Part shown: one piece after another, positions 18,743 through 26,780 of the stretch
Numbering within the stretch: position 1 is the stretch's first letter
How the letters are laid out: every line of letters starts with the position of its first letter
From: Clostridiales bacterium
Lineage (GTDB): Bacteria; Bacillota; Clostridia; Christensenellales; CAG-138
Direction of reading: 5' to 3'
Assembly (NCBI GenBank): GCA_004557245.1
Contig: SFEL01000006.1
Coordinates: forward strand, 12,942 to 76,941
DNA length: 64,000 nt
The notes under the pieces: model-generated
The model's database searches: none
Told to the model about the DNA's origin: nothing
Seen by the model: the letters and a program-made list of their open reading frames with translations, nothing else
Made by a program: the position numbers and the translations under genes

Positions 18743-18899
18743 AAGCGCCCCCTAAAAACGTAATGCGTTTATAGGATGCTGCATTTTGGGAAAATGATGC
18801 ATATTATCCGGATACGCGATGTTTGGGAAGATTAAATTCAAATTATATGGTATAATAATAACGCATCTAAGAATTTTGCCGAAAGGAATATGAATAATA

Positions 18900-19544
18900 A
18901 TGATGAAACTCAATAAGTACATCGACCATACCCTTCTCAAGCCCGACGCCACTACCGAACAGATAAAGAAAATATGTGACGAGGCGAAGAAGTACGACTT
19001 CGCCAGCGTATGCGTAAATTCCTGCCATGCTGAGCTGGTAGCAAGGGAGCTTAAGGACAGCGGCGTTTCCACCTGCTGCGTAGTAGGCTTTCCTCTAGGC
19101 GCAATGCTCACCGAGGCAAAGGCATATGAAGCCAGGCTGGCGGTAGAAAAGGGCGCAAACGAGATAGACATGGTGATCAACATAGGCGCCGCTAAGGAAG
19201 GCGACTGGAAACTCGTAGAGGACGATATAAAGGCCGTAGTTGACGCATGCCATCCCAAGGCGCTGCTGAAGGTCATAATCGAGACCTGCCTGCTCACCGA
19301 TGACGAAAAGCGCGAGGCCTGCCGCTGCGCCGTAAGGGCGGGAGCCGATTATGTCAAGACCAGCACCGGCTTTTCCACCGCAGGCGCAAACGTACACGAC
19401 GTTGCACTCATGCGCGAGACTGTAGGCCCGGATGTGGGCGTAAAGGCCTCTGGCGGCGTGCGCACCCACGAGGACGCTGATAAAATGATAAAGGCGGGGG
19501 CGACAAGGCTCGGCACCAGCTCCGGCGTAAAGCTCATGGCATAA
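18900..19544 (+). CDS. deoC: Deoxyribose-phosphate aldolase
   Basis: It reads [30 protein letters not shown] and GVKASGGVR. Confidence 0.95.
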   Translation: MMKLNKYIDHTLLKPDATTEQIKKICDEAKKYDFASVCVNSCHAELVARELKDSGVSTCCVVGFPLGAMLTEAKAYEARLAVEKGANEIDMVINIGAAKEGDWKLVEDDIKAVVDACHPKALLKVIIETCLLTDDEKREACRCAVRAGADYVKTSTGFSTAGANVHDVALMRETVGPDVGVKASGGVRTHEDADKMIKAGATRLGTSSGVKLMA

Positions 19545-19558
19545 TACAAAAACGCTTC

Positions 19559-19596
19559 AGAGCGAAGGTAAAATCCTTCGCTCTTTTTGTTTTTTG
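19559..19596 (+). terminator. Rho-independent terminator of deoC
   Basis: AGAGCGAAGG-TAAAAT-CCTTCGCTCT is followed by TTTTGTTTTTT. Confidence 0.8.
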
Positions 19597-19738
19597 GCAG
19601 TTTTTACAAAGGAAGTGCATATTCGCCAAAGTTCGTGGGAATAATTTGAAGGAGGCGAAATTTGCGTAAAGAATAACCACAGTTAAGCCCTGAATGGACA
19701 GGCATAAGCAGGGCAAAAGCGGTAAATCGGAGGTAATT

Positions 19739-20041
19739 ATGCAGCTTGAAAAGAACAGAAGAGGAAGGGAGCTTCGCGTTGTGCTGTCAGGAGAACTGGA
19801 TCACCACAACGCGGCCATTATTCGCGAGGAGATAGATCGTGAGCTGGACGGCAGCGTAAAGCTGCTGACGCTGGATATGAGCGGTATAACCTTCATGGAC
19901 AGCTCGGGCATAGGCGTGGTGCTGGGCAGATACCGGCGCATGAGCGAAAGCGGGGGGAAGCTCAGAATGGGCGGCATGAGCATATATGCGGAAAAGATAC
20001 TCAGAATGGCCGGCGTACTGGCGCTGCTGGAAAGAAAATAG
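19739..20041 (+). CDS. spoIIAA: Anti-sigma-F factor antagonist (STAS domain)
   Basis: It has the STAS motif LDMSGITFMDSSGIGVVLG and is the first gene of a spoIIAA-AB-sigF operon. The ATG follows GGAGG. Confidence 0.9.
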   Translation: MQLEKNRRGRELRVVLSGELDHHNAAIIREEIDRELDGSVKLLTLDMSGITFMDSSGIGVVLGRYRRMSESGGKLRMGGMSIYAEKILRMAGVLALLERK

Positions 20042-20060
20042 ATCAGGGGGGTAAGTTACG

Positions 20061-20501
20061 ATGACGAAAAACAGCATGGAGCTCAGCTTTGACAGCATAT
20101 CTCAAAACGAATCACTGGCCAGGTCGGTGGCGGCGGCATTTTCGGCCCAGCTCAATCCCACCATAGGGGAGCTGACGGACATACGCACCGCCATAAGCGA
20201 GGCGGTAACTAACGCCATAATACACGGCTACGGCAATGACCCGGCTAAAAAGGTATACATGCGCTGTACCGCGGAGGACAGGCTGCTCACATTTGAAATT
20301 GAGGATAAAGGCAAGGGAATAGAAAACGTAGCGCTTGCAATGCAGCCATTTTACACTACCGAGCCAAACCTCGAGCGTTCCGGTATGGGCTTTTCGGTGA
20401 TGGAAGCCTTTATGGATGACGTAAGGGTGGAGTCCGAGCTGGGCAATGGCACGAGGGTTACCATGAAAAAGAGCATTTCGGCGGTGAGGGAAGATGAATG
20501 A
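20061..20501 (+). CDS. spoIIAB: Anti-sigma-F factor (serine kinase)
   Basis: It has GHKL ATPase motifs (EAVTNAIIHGY, DKGKGI, SGMGFSVM) and the expected operon position. Confidence 0.95.
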   Translation: MTKNSMELSFDSISQNESLARSVAAAFSAQLNPTIGELTDIRTAISEAVTNAIIHGYGNDPAKKVYMRCTAEDRLLTFEIEDKGKGIENVALAMQPFYTTEPNLERSGMGFSVMEAFMDDVRVESELGNGTRVTMKKSISAVREDE

Positions 20502-21258
20502 TGAGAAGATCATGCCCAACCCGCAGTTCCCATACGAAGAAACGCTGAAATACATAAAGCTGGCTCAATCCGGCGACAGGGAGGCCATGAACGAGCTGGT
20601 GGAGCGCAACATGGCTCTGGTGCGCTCCATAGTGAAGAAATACCTCAACCGGGGCACAGAGTACGACGATCTGTATCAGATAGGCAGCATGGGCCTGGTC
20701 AAGGCCATAAAAAACTTTGACAGCTCATATGGGGTGCGCTTCTCCACATACGCTGTGCCAATGATAGCAGGTGAAATAAAGCGGTTCCTCCGTGACGACG
20801 GCATGATAAAGGTGAGCCGCACCTTGAAGGAGCTTGCGGCAAAGGTATGCGCCGCCCAGCGGGAGCTTGGTACGGCATTGGGACGGGACCCCGGCGTGCA
20901 GGAAATAGCGGAGTACATAGGCGAGACGCCCGAGGATATCGCCCTGGCGCTGGACGCTTCACGGCCGCATGTATCCATATACGAGCCGGTATACAGCGAT
21001 GAAGGTGAGGCGCTGGTAATGGACAGGATAACCGCCGAGGAGGACGGCACAGATACGGCTCTCGACAGGGTGCTTTTGCAGCAGCTGATGGAGATACTGG
21101 ACAGCCGGGAAAAGAAGATAGTAGTAATGCGATACTTCCGCGACAAGACGCAGAGCGAGATCGCGGCGTACCTGGGCATATCCCAGGTGCAGGTATCGAG
21201 GCTTGAGAACCGCATAATGGAAAAATTAAGAGAAAGGGCGCTGGAAAAGGCGCAATAA
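20494..21258 (+). CDS. sigF: Sporulation sigma factor F
   Basis: Sigma-70 regions 2-4 are present (DDLYQIGSMGLVKAIKNFD, FSTYAVPMIAGEIKRFLRD). It overlaps the spoIIAB end by 8 nt. Confidence 0.95.
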   Translation: MNDEKIMPNPQFPYEETLKYIKLAQSGDREAMNELVERNMALVRSIVKKYLNRGTEYDDLYQIGSMGLVKAIKNFDSSYGVRFSTYAVPMIAGEIKRFLRDDGMIKVSRTLKELAAKVCAAQRELGTALGRDPGVQEIAEYIGETPEDIALALDASRPHVSIYEPVYSDEGEALVMDRITAEEDGTDTALDRVLLQQLMEILDSREKKIVVMRYFRDKTQSEIAAYLGISQVQVSRLENRIMEKLRERALEKAQ

Positions 21259-21281
21259 AAGGCCGGGAAACCGGCCTTTTT
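21257..21281. terminator. Bidirectional terminator between sigF and a convergent lipoprotein gene
   Basis: The sequence is AAAAGGCCGG-GAAA-CCGGCCTTTT. Confidence 0.75.
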
Positions 21282-21291
21282 GTATGCTTTG

Positions 21292-21885
21292 TTATTTGCG
21301 GGTCTTTATGAAGGCCTCAACATCGCCGGTGCGTATGTCTATACAGTCATCGGAGAATGCAGTACCGTAGCTGAACCGCATATACATGGGCTTTTCATCA
21401 GGAACGCCACCTATGGCCAGCGAATAGCCGTTGTCAATGTCATATAACAGTATATGCAGCCCGGAGCCAACGTCCTTGCTTTTATACTGTGCGAAATCCT
21501 CCCAGCCCAGCTTGTCGCCCTTTTTGGAGAGCCGTACTACGTCGTCGAGGGTGAGATCGTCCGCCACAAACAGCGTCCATTCGTTGTTGAATATCACCAC
21601 GAGCCCGTCCGAGGTAAATGCGTACTGGTCGCCTGCGCTGCCGAAATTGGCCTGGCCGTGTTCCTCCGGAAGCTGATTTAACGGTACGGTAGAGGTTATT
21701 TCACCCTGAATGGCTGCGGGATCAACCTCGCCCGGCATCGCACCTTTGTCGGAAAGATGGTAGCGGACGCCGTCGATCATGATGGAGGGAAGGTAACTGT
21801 CCGGTGTTTCGGAAACAGCCCTTTCGCAGCCGATGAGCAGCAGCGCAAGCAGAAATGCTGGCAGTAAAAGTGCAATACGCTTCAT
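21292..21885 (-). CDS. Putative lipoprotein of unknown function
   Basis: It has a signal peptide plus lipobox (LLALLLIGCER). I recognise no other motif. Confidence 0.6.
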   Translation of the reverse strand: MKRIALLLPAFLLALLLIGCERAVSETPDSYLPSIMIDGVRYHLSDKGAMPGEVDPAAIQGEITSTVPLNQLPEEHGQANFGSAGDQYAFTSDGLVVIFNNEWTLFVADDLTLDDVVRLSKKGDKLGWEDFAQYKSKDVGSGLHILLYDIDNGYSLAIGGVPDEKPMYMRFSYGTAFSDDCIDIRTGDVEAFIKTRK

Positions 21886-21903
21886 GGAGACCTCCTTATG
21901 GGT

Positions 21904-23202
21904 TTAATCATACAGGTGCTTCAGCGCCTTTCTTACATCGTGGTATATGCGGTCCTTATCCATTGTAAGGAATTCGCCGTTTTCATACAGTATCCTGCCG
22001 TCCACCATCGTCATGCATACGTCGCTGCCCTGTGCGCTGTAGCACAGCATGGCAAGAGGATCGAAGGCGGGGAGAAGGTGGGGCTTATCGAAATTCAGCG
22101 CGATGATGTCCGCCCTGTTGCCTACCTTGATTCCGCCGCAGTCGGTTCTGCCCTGAATTTTAGCACCGTTGAGGGTGGCCATCCTGACCGTATCATTGGG
22201 CTTCATTATAGTTGGATCCTGATTGTAGCCGTTGTGCACTACTGAGCAAAGGTGCAGCTCCTCCAGCATGTTCAGGTTGTTGTTGCTGGCGGCGCCGTCA
22301 GTGCCCAGACCAACGTTGAGCCCTTCATCCAGCATCTTATGCACTCTGGCAAATCCGCTTCCAAGCTTCAGGTTGCTGGTTGGGCAGTGCACAGGAGACA
22401 CGCCGCATTCCTTCATCAGCGCCATATCATCGTCCGTTACCCATACGCAGTGGGCGGCAAGGGCCGGGCTGTCAAACGCACCCAGATCGTAGAACCAGCG
22501 GGCCGGGGTCTTGCCGTATTTTTCTATGCAGGCATCATGCTCGGACTTTGTCTCGGACAGGTGTATATGCATTATGGCGCCCAGCTCTTTACATTTTTCG
22601 CTGTGGCGGCGGACTATGTCCTCAAGACAGGTGTACTCCGCGTGTATGGACAGGTCTATCTTTATCCTGCCGTTTGCCGCGTTGTTGTAGCTATTGTAAA
22701 GAGAAAGGGCTTCCTTTACCCTGTAACTGTCCTCATAGGCCTCATTGGGATCAAATGCGGAGAGGGCGCGGCAGAGGTTGGCCTTCATGCCGGACTCTAT
22801 GACGCAGTCCGCCGTGGTGTCGCAGAAGTAATACATATCAGAAAAACTTACGGTACCCGTGGATAGCATTTCCAATATGGCCAGTTCTGTGCCCGCCTTT
22901 ACGTCCTCTGCCCTGAGCTTATCTTCGGTGGGAAACATATTATCGTACAGCCATTCCTTTAGCGGCAAGTCGCTGCCAATGCCGCGAAGCAGCGTCATGG
23001 CGGCATGGTTGTGGGCGTTTATCAGGCCGGGGTAGAGTACCCTGCCGGTCATGTCCTTGATGATATCGTACTTTTCCGCAGGCATACCCGTACCGAGATA
23101 GCAGATATAAGCGCCGTCAACGCCGCAAAAGCCGTTTCGTATCACCTCAAAGCCGGAATCGGTAGTGGTTACTATATCGCAGTTTTTAAAAAGCGTCTTC
23201 AT
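21904..23202 (-). CDS. mtaD: Amidohydrolase-family 5-methylthioadenosine / S-adenosylhomocysteine deaminase
   Basis: It reads PGLINAHNHAAMTLLRG, HIHLSET, HCVWV and GLGTDGAASNNNLNM, the typical MtaD/DadD metal-ligand blocks. Confidence 0.85.
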   Translation of the reverse strand: MKTLFKNCDIVTTTDSGFEVIRNGFCGVDGAYICYLGTGMPAEKYDIIKDMTGRVLYPGLINAHNHAAMTLLRGIGSDLPLKEWLYDNMFPTEDKLRAEDVKAGTELAILEMLSTGTVSFSDMYYFCDTTADCVIESGMKANLCRALSAFDPNEAYEDSYRVKEALSLYNSYNNAANGRIKIDLSIHAEYTCLEDIVRRHSEKCKELGAIMHIHLSETKSEHDACIEKYGKTPARWFYDLGAFDSPALAAHCVWVTDDDMALMKECGVSPVHCPTSNLKLGSGFARVHKMLDEGLNVGLGTDGAASNNNLNMLEELHLCSVVHNGYNQDPTIMKPNDTVRMATLNGAKIQGRTDCGGIKVGNRADIIALNFDKPHLLPAFDPLAMLCYSAQGSDVCMTMVDGRILYENGEFLTMDKDRIYHDVRKALKHLYD

Positions 23203-23236
23203 TATATAATTGCACTCCTTGACAGGTTATGCCTTG

Positions 23237-23245
23237 ATTATAACA
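23237..23245 (-). promoter_or_regulatory. Candidate extended -10 (TGTTATAAT) for mtaD
   Basis: The minus strand reads TGTTATAAT about 35 nt upstream of the mtaD ATG. The -35 element is weak. Confidence 0.4.
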
Positions 23246-23258
23246 GATAACCGCCCCG

Positions 23259-23287
23259 TTGACACCATATTACTGCGCTGTTAAAAT
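23259..23287 (+). promoter_or_regulatory. Near-consensus sigma-A promoter pointing at ahcY
   Basis: It reads TTGACA, a 17-nt spacer, then TAAAAT. The predicted start falls at the first bases of repeat copy 1. Confidence 0.55.
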
Positions 23288-23291
23288 TAAA

Positions 23292-23463
23292 CTACCATCA
23301 GTTGACAAGGACACACAAGGTTTTAGAAGCCAAACAGCACGGCATAACTGTGTCGTCCTCATTTGAAATACAACCAGTATTTCTGCACTCGTCCTCCTTG
23401 TTCTGCCATAAGCGTCCCAAAACAAGCCTTTAGGGCTTGTGTGCTCTTGTCAACTGATGGTAG
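23292..23463 (-). repeat. MITE-like element with 27-bp terminal inverted repeats, copy 1 (inverted relative to copies 2 and 3)
   Basis: Its ends are TACCATCAGTTGACAAGGACACACAAGG ... CTTGTGTGCTCTTGTCAACTGATGGTA. It has a subterminal hairpin ACAAGCC-TTTAG-GGCTTGT and a divergent core. Confidence 0.75.
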
Positions 23464-23497
23464 CATTAACAATTATTAATATATGAAGAGGTAAAAT

Positions 23498-24739
23498 ATG
23501 AGCACTGTGCGCGATATGTCCCTTGCCGAATACGGCAGAATGAAGATACTCTGGGTGCGGGACTTTATGCCTGCTCTTTCCGTTATCAGGGACCGCTTTG
23601 AAGCTGAGCAGCCTTTCAGGGGAATGAAGATAACCACCTCCATACACATGGAGGCCAAGACAGCCTACCTCGCCCTCTGCCTTGCGGCTGGCGGCGCAGA
23701 GGTACACGCTACAGGCTGCAACCCGCTTTCCACACAGGACGATGTGGCGGCGGGGCTTGCCTCTCTGGGCGTAAACACGTATGCGGAATACGGAGTGGAC
23801 AAGGAACAGTATGAAAAGCTGCTGCTGGAAGCCTTGGCCTGTAAGCCGAATCTTATCATCGATGACGGCGGCGATCTGGTGGAGACGCTGTACAGGCACC
23901 CCGAGCTTGCAGCAGAGCTTATAGGCGGTGCGGAGGAGACTACCACCGGCATACATCGTCTCAAGGCGCGCGCCAAGGCGGGAGTGCTGCAGTTCCCCAT
24001 GATGAACGTAAACGATGCGAAGTGCAAACACTATTACGACAATAAGTACGGCACGGGCCAATCCGTATGGGACGCCATAATGCACACCACAAACCTTCTG
24101 GTTGCCGGGCGCACCGTCGTGGTGGCGGGATACGGCTACTGCGGAAGGGGTGTGGCCATGAGAGCCAAGGGCATGGGGGCGAACGTCATAGTAACCGAGA
24201 TAGACCCAATAAAGGCGCTGGAAGCTTCTATGGATGGCTGCCGGGTAATGCCCATGGATAAGGCTGCCCGGGAGGGCGACATATTCGTCACCACCACAGG
24301 CTGCCGGGACGTAATAACCCGCCGCCACTTCGAGGTGATGAAGAACAACGCTTTCCTTTCCAATGCAGGCCACTTCAACGTGGAAGTGAACGGCGAGGAG
24401 CTGGAAAATATGGCGGTTCGGGTATACAAGCGCCGCAACGACATAATGGGCTACGAGCTTCCGGACGGGCGCACGCTTAACCTCCTTGCGGAAGGCCGCC
24501 TTGTGAACCTTGCCTCCGGCAACGGCCACCCGGCTGAGATAATGGATACCAGCTTTGCCATACAGGCCCTCGCTATGGAGTACATGGCGAAAAATGGACG
24601 GGGCCTCCACAGGCAGGTATACGAAGTGCCAAAGGAGATAGACGACGAGGTATCCCGCATAAAGCTGGAGGGCTGCGGAATGGAGATCGACAGGCTCACT
24701 CCCGAACAGGAAGCTTACATGAACGGCTTTGAGGTGTGA
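23498..24739 (+). CDS. ahcY: Adenosylhomocysteinase (short, about 410 aa form)
   Basis: It reads SLAEYGRMKI, GCNPLSTQDDVAA, EETTTG, DNKYGTGQS, GYGYCGRGVA and GHFNVE. Confidence 0.95.
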   Translation: MSTVRDMSLAEYGRMKILWVRDFMPALSVIRDRFEAEQPFRGMKITTSIHMEAKTAYLALCLAAGGAEVHATGCNPLSTQDDVAAGLASLGVNTYAEYGVDKEQYEKLLLEALACKPNLIIDDGGDLVETLYRHPELAAELIGGAEETTTGIHRLKARAKAGVLQFPMMNVNDAKCKHYYDNKYGTGQSVWDAIMHTTNLLVAGRTVVVAGYGYCGRGVAMRAKGMGANVIVTEIDPIKALEASMDGCRVMPMDKAAREGDIFVTTTGCRDVITRRHFEVMKNNAFLSNAGHFNVEVNGEELENMAVRVYKRRNDIMGYELPDGRTLNLLAEGRLVNLASGNGHPAEIMDTSFAIQALAMEYMAKNGRGLHRQVYEVPKEIDDEVSRIKLEGCGMEIDRLTPEQEAYMNGFEV

Positions 24740-24840
24740 TACAATAGGATACAAAAGGCTATCGGGCAAGCGGCAGTATCCGGCCCATAGTTTCACGGGG
24801 CAGAACCTCATGCTTTATGCAGGGCTAAACCCGTATAAAC

Positions 24841-24878
24841 TCGAAAAAGTGGCGTTCAGCCACTTTTTCAACAATCTC
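24841..24878. repeat. Palindromic terminator repeat, copy B
   Basis: TCGAAAAAGTGGC-GTTCA-GCCACTTTTTC plus an AACAATCTC tail lies between the convergent ahcY and FMN-binding genes. Confidence 0.7.
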
Positions 24879-24898
24879 ATATATCTTATAGACAATAA

Positions 24899-25429
24899 TT
24901 ATTTATCCAGACCTGCTACGTAATCGAGTACGGCATTTACGCCGTTTACTACAGCGCCGGAGCTTACGGAAGCACCGCTGACGGAGTCCACGTTGCCCTT
25001 GAGGGTAAGAGGAGCGGACAGACCCTTGAACTGCTCAGTGAATGCGGGCTCCTTGGTCTTTGCGCCAAGGCCTGCGGTCTCGGAGAAGTTTGCACCGCCC
25101 ACGTTGATGCCGGTGATAACGCCGTCATTGTCAACGCCGACCACCACTTCTATCTCTCCGCCGTAACCCTTTACGGTGATCTGGGCGGTATAGCCTATGG
25201 TTTCTCCGTTTGCAAGTCCCTTGTAGCAATAGTCGATGTCGTCGTTATCCACCGCCATCTCTTCAAAATCGGTAGCGGCGGGGAGGACAGCGCGGCGTGC
25301 TTCATCAGCGGAAGCAAGAGCCTGTTCCTTGATTACGGGCGCAGTGACTTCATTGGTAAGGCCAAGCGCACAGCCGGCAATGAGGGCGATAAGTCCGAGA
25401 ACTATCCAGGCGGGCCACTTTTTATCCAT
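24899..25429 (-). CDS. Membrane-anchored FMN-binding domain protein (RnfG/NqrC-like, single domain)
   Basis: It has an N-terminal anchor and an FMN_bind domain, with the flavinylation motif D-S-V-S-G-A-S (VDSVSGASVSSGAV). Confidence 0.85.
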   Translation of the reverse strand: MDKKWPAWIVLGLIALIAGCALGLTNEVTAPVIKEQALASADEARRAVLPAATDFEEMAVDNDDIDYCYKGLANGETIGYTAQITVKGYGGEIEVVVGVDNDGVITGINVGGANFSETAGLGAKTKEPAFTEQFKGLSAPLTLKGNVDSVSGASVSSGAVVNGVNAVLDYVAGLDK

Positions 25430-25553
25430 GATCAGAAAACCTCCTCAAATGAAAAACAGAATTATGTATATCTTGCAAAATTCAGCGTTTTTATTATAGC
25501 ACAGCTAATATCGAGATTCCAGCAGAAATGATAGATATTTATTTCACGCAGTT

Positions 25554-25697
25554 TACCATCAGTTGACAAGAGCACACAAGCCCTAAAGGCTTGTTTTGGG
25601 ACGCTCCTGCGTTCTCGTCGCTTGTATTACATCCAGTAGTACTGCGCTCCTGCTGTTTGGCTCCTAAAACCTTGTGTGTCCTTGTCAACTGATGGTA
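25554..25697 (+). repeat. MITE-like element, copy 2 (shortest)
   Basis: TACCATCAGTTGACAAGAGCACACAAG and CTTGTGTGTCCTTGTCAACTGATGGTA pair at 25 of 27 positions. It lies between divergent genes. Confidence 0.75.
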
Positions 25698-25778
25698 GCG
25701 TTATGTAAACAAAAGACTGAGATTGTCAGGGCAAAAATCGCCATATCAAATAAGAATGAATGATGTTATAATCAAGGA

Positions 25779-26768
25779 ATGAAGAAATTTGCGAAAAAAA
25801 TGTGTGGCTTCCTGGCGATTGCCTGTGTTCTCGGTATTTGCGGCTGCGATACTGCTCCGGCAAGCAACTCTGCGCTGGGATTTTATCTGGATACAGTTAT
25901 AACGATAACCGGATATGCGGACAAGGCGACCCTTGAGAATGCGGTGGCCCTGTGCGGCGAATACGAGAAGGTATTCAGCAGGACTGTCAAGGGCAGCGAT
26001 GTGTGGCGCATAAACCACGGGGAGGGCAGTCCTGTCCAGGTATGCGATGAAATGGCGGAGCTGCTGACCATAGCCCTTGAGGTATGCGAAAAAAGCGGCG
26101 GTGCGCTGGATATAACCATAGCCCCTGCAAGCGATCTGTGGGACTTTAAGTCAGAGCAGCCGAAAATACCGGACAGGGACCAGCTGGAGCGTGCGGCGAA
26201 GCTTGTGGACTATACTAAGCTTAAGCTCGAAGGCGATGTGGTTACGATGCCGGCCGGCATGGCCATAGACCTTGGGGCAGTAGCCAAGGGCTACATAGCG
26301 GACAAGGCGGAGGAGTATTTAAAGGAACAGGGCGTTACGAGCGCCATACTTAACATTGGGGGCAATGTCGTAGCTTTAGGCAGCAAGCCTGATGGAAGGA
26401 AATGGTCAATAGGCATACAGGATCCGGAAAAGGAAAACGGCAAGTACGGGTATAGCGTGATGGTTGCAGACAAAAGCGTGGTCACCAGCGGCATATATCA
26501 GCGGGGCTTTGACAAAGATGGCGTAAGGTATCATCATATACTCGACCGCGCCACAGGCTGGCCGGTGCAGAATGGCCTTGCATCTGTCACCATAATAGCC
26601 GATAGCTCTGCGATGGCAGATGCCATGTCCACCGCCTGCTTTGCGCTGGGCAGGGACAGGGGAATGAGCTTTGCAGAGGAGATGGGCGTTCAGGCGGTAT
26701 TCATAGGTACGGACGGAAAAGTAAGCTGCACACCTGCGCTTGAGGGCAAGCTGGAAAAGACGGAATAA
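25779..26768 (+). CDS. apbE: FAD:protein FMN transferase (ApbE family lipoprotein)
   Basis: It has a lipobox (LGICGC) and ApbE motifs (DLGAVAKGY, TSGIYQRGF, HHILDRATG, AMADAMSTA). Confidence 0.9.
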   Translation: MKKFAKKMCGFLAIACVLGICGCDTAPASNSALGFYLDTVITITGYADKATLENAVALCGEYEKVFSRTVKGSDVWRINHGEGSPVQVCDEMAELLTIALEVCEKSGGALDITIAPASDLWDFKSEQPKIPDRDQLERAAKLVDYTKLKLEGDVVTMPAGMAIDLGAVAKGYIADKAEEYLKEQGVTSAILNIGGNVVALGSKPDGRKWSIGIQDPEKENGKYGYSVMVADKSVVTSGIYQRGFDKDGVRYHHILDRATGWPVQNGLASVTIIADSSAMADAMSTACFALGRDRGMSFAEEMGVQAVFIGTDGKVSCTPALEGKLEKTE

Positions 26769-26780
26769 GGGATAAAGCTT

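Noticed and set aside
23292-23463. The MITE-like copies as integron attC sites, or as CRISPR/tracr-related sequence (GGTTTTAGAAGCC near one end, GTCCCAAAAC near the other).
   Set aside because: The ends do not fit the attC RYYYAAC/GTTRRRY cores, and there is no integrase or cassette array. The CRISPR-like strings occur once per element, about 90 nt apart, with no spacer periodicity and no cas genes. The resemblance is a short A/T-G run coincidence.
23288-23497. A possible SAH riboswitch in the ahcY leader.
   Set aside because: The conserved parts of this leader are shared with two unrelated loci (apbE and a lipoprotein gene), so they belong to a repeat family. I also see none of the SAH-element pseudoknot features I remember.
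23450-24811. Very long antisense ORFs. Examples: 453 aa opposite ahcY, 449 aa at 42855-44204 opposite uvrB, 361 aa at 44244-45329, 342 aa at 12097-13125, 337 aa at 11030-12043 and 56081-57094, and 380 aa at 58123-59265.
   Set aside because: Each lies opposite a gene with unmistakable conserved motifs. Their products are low-complexity (rich in Y, H, R, G, A, L), with no recognisable domain and no RBS. They are best explained by codon bias on the sense strand suppressing stops in the antisense frame.
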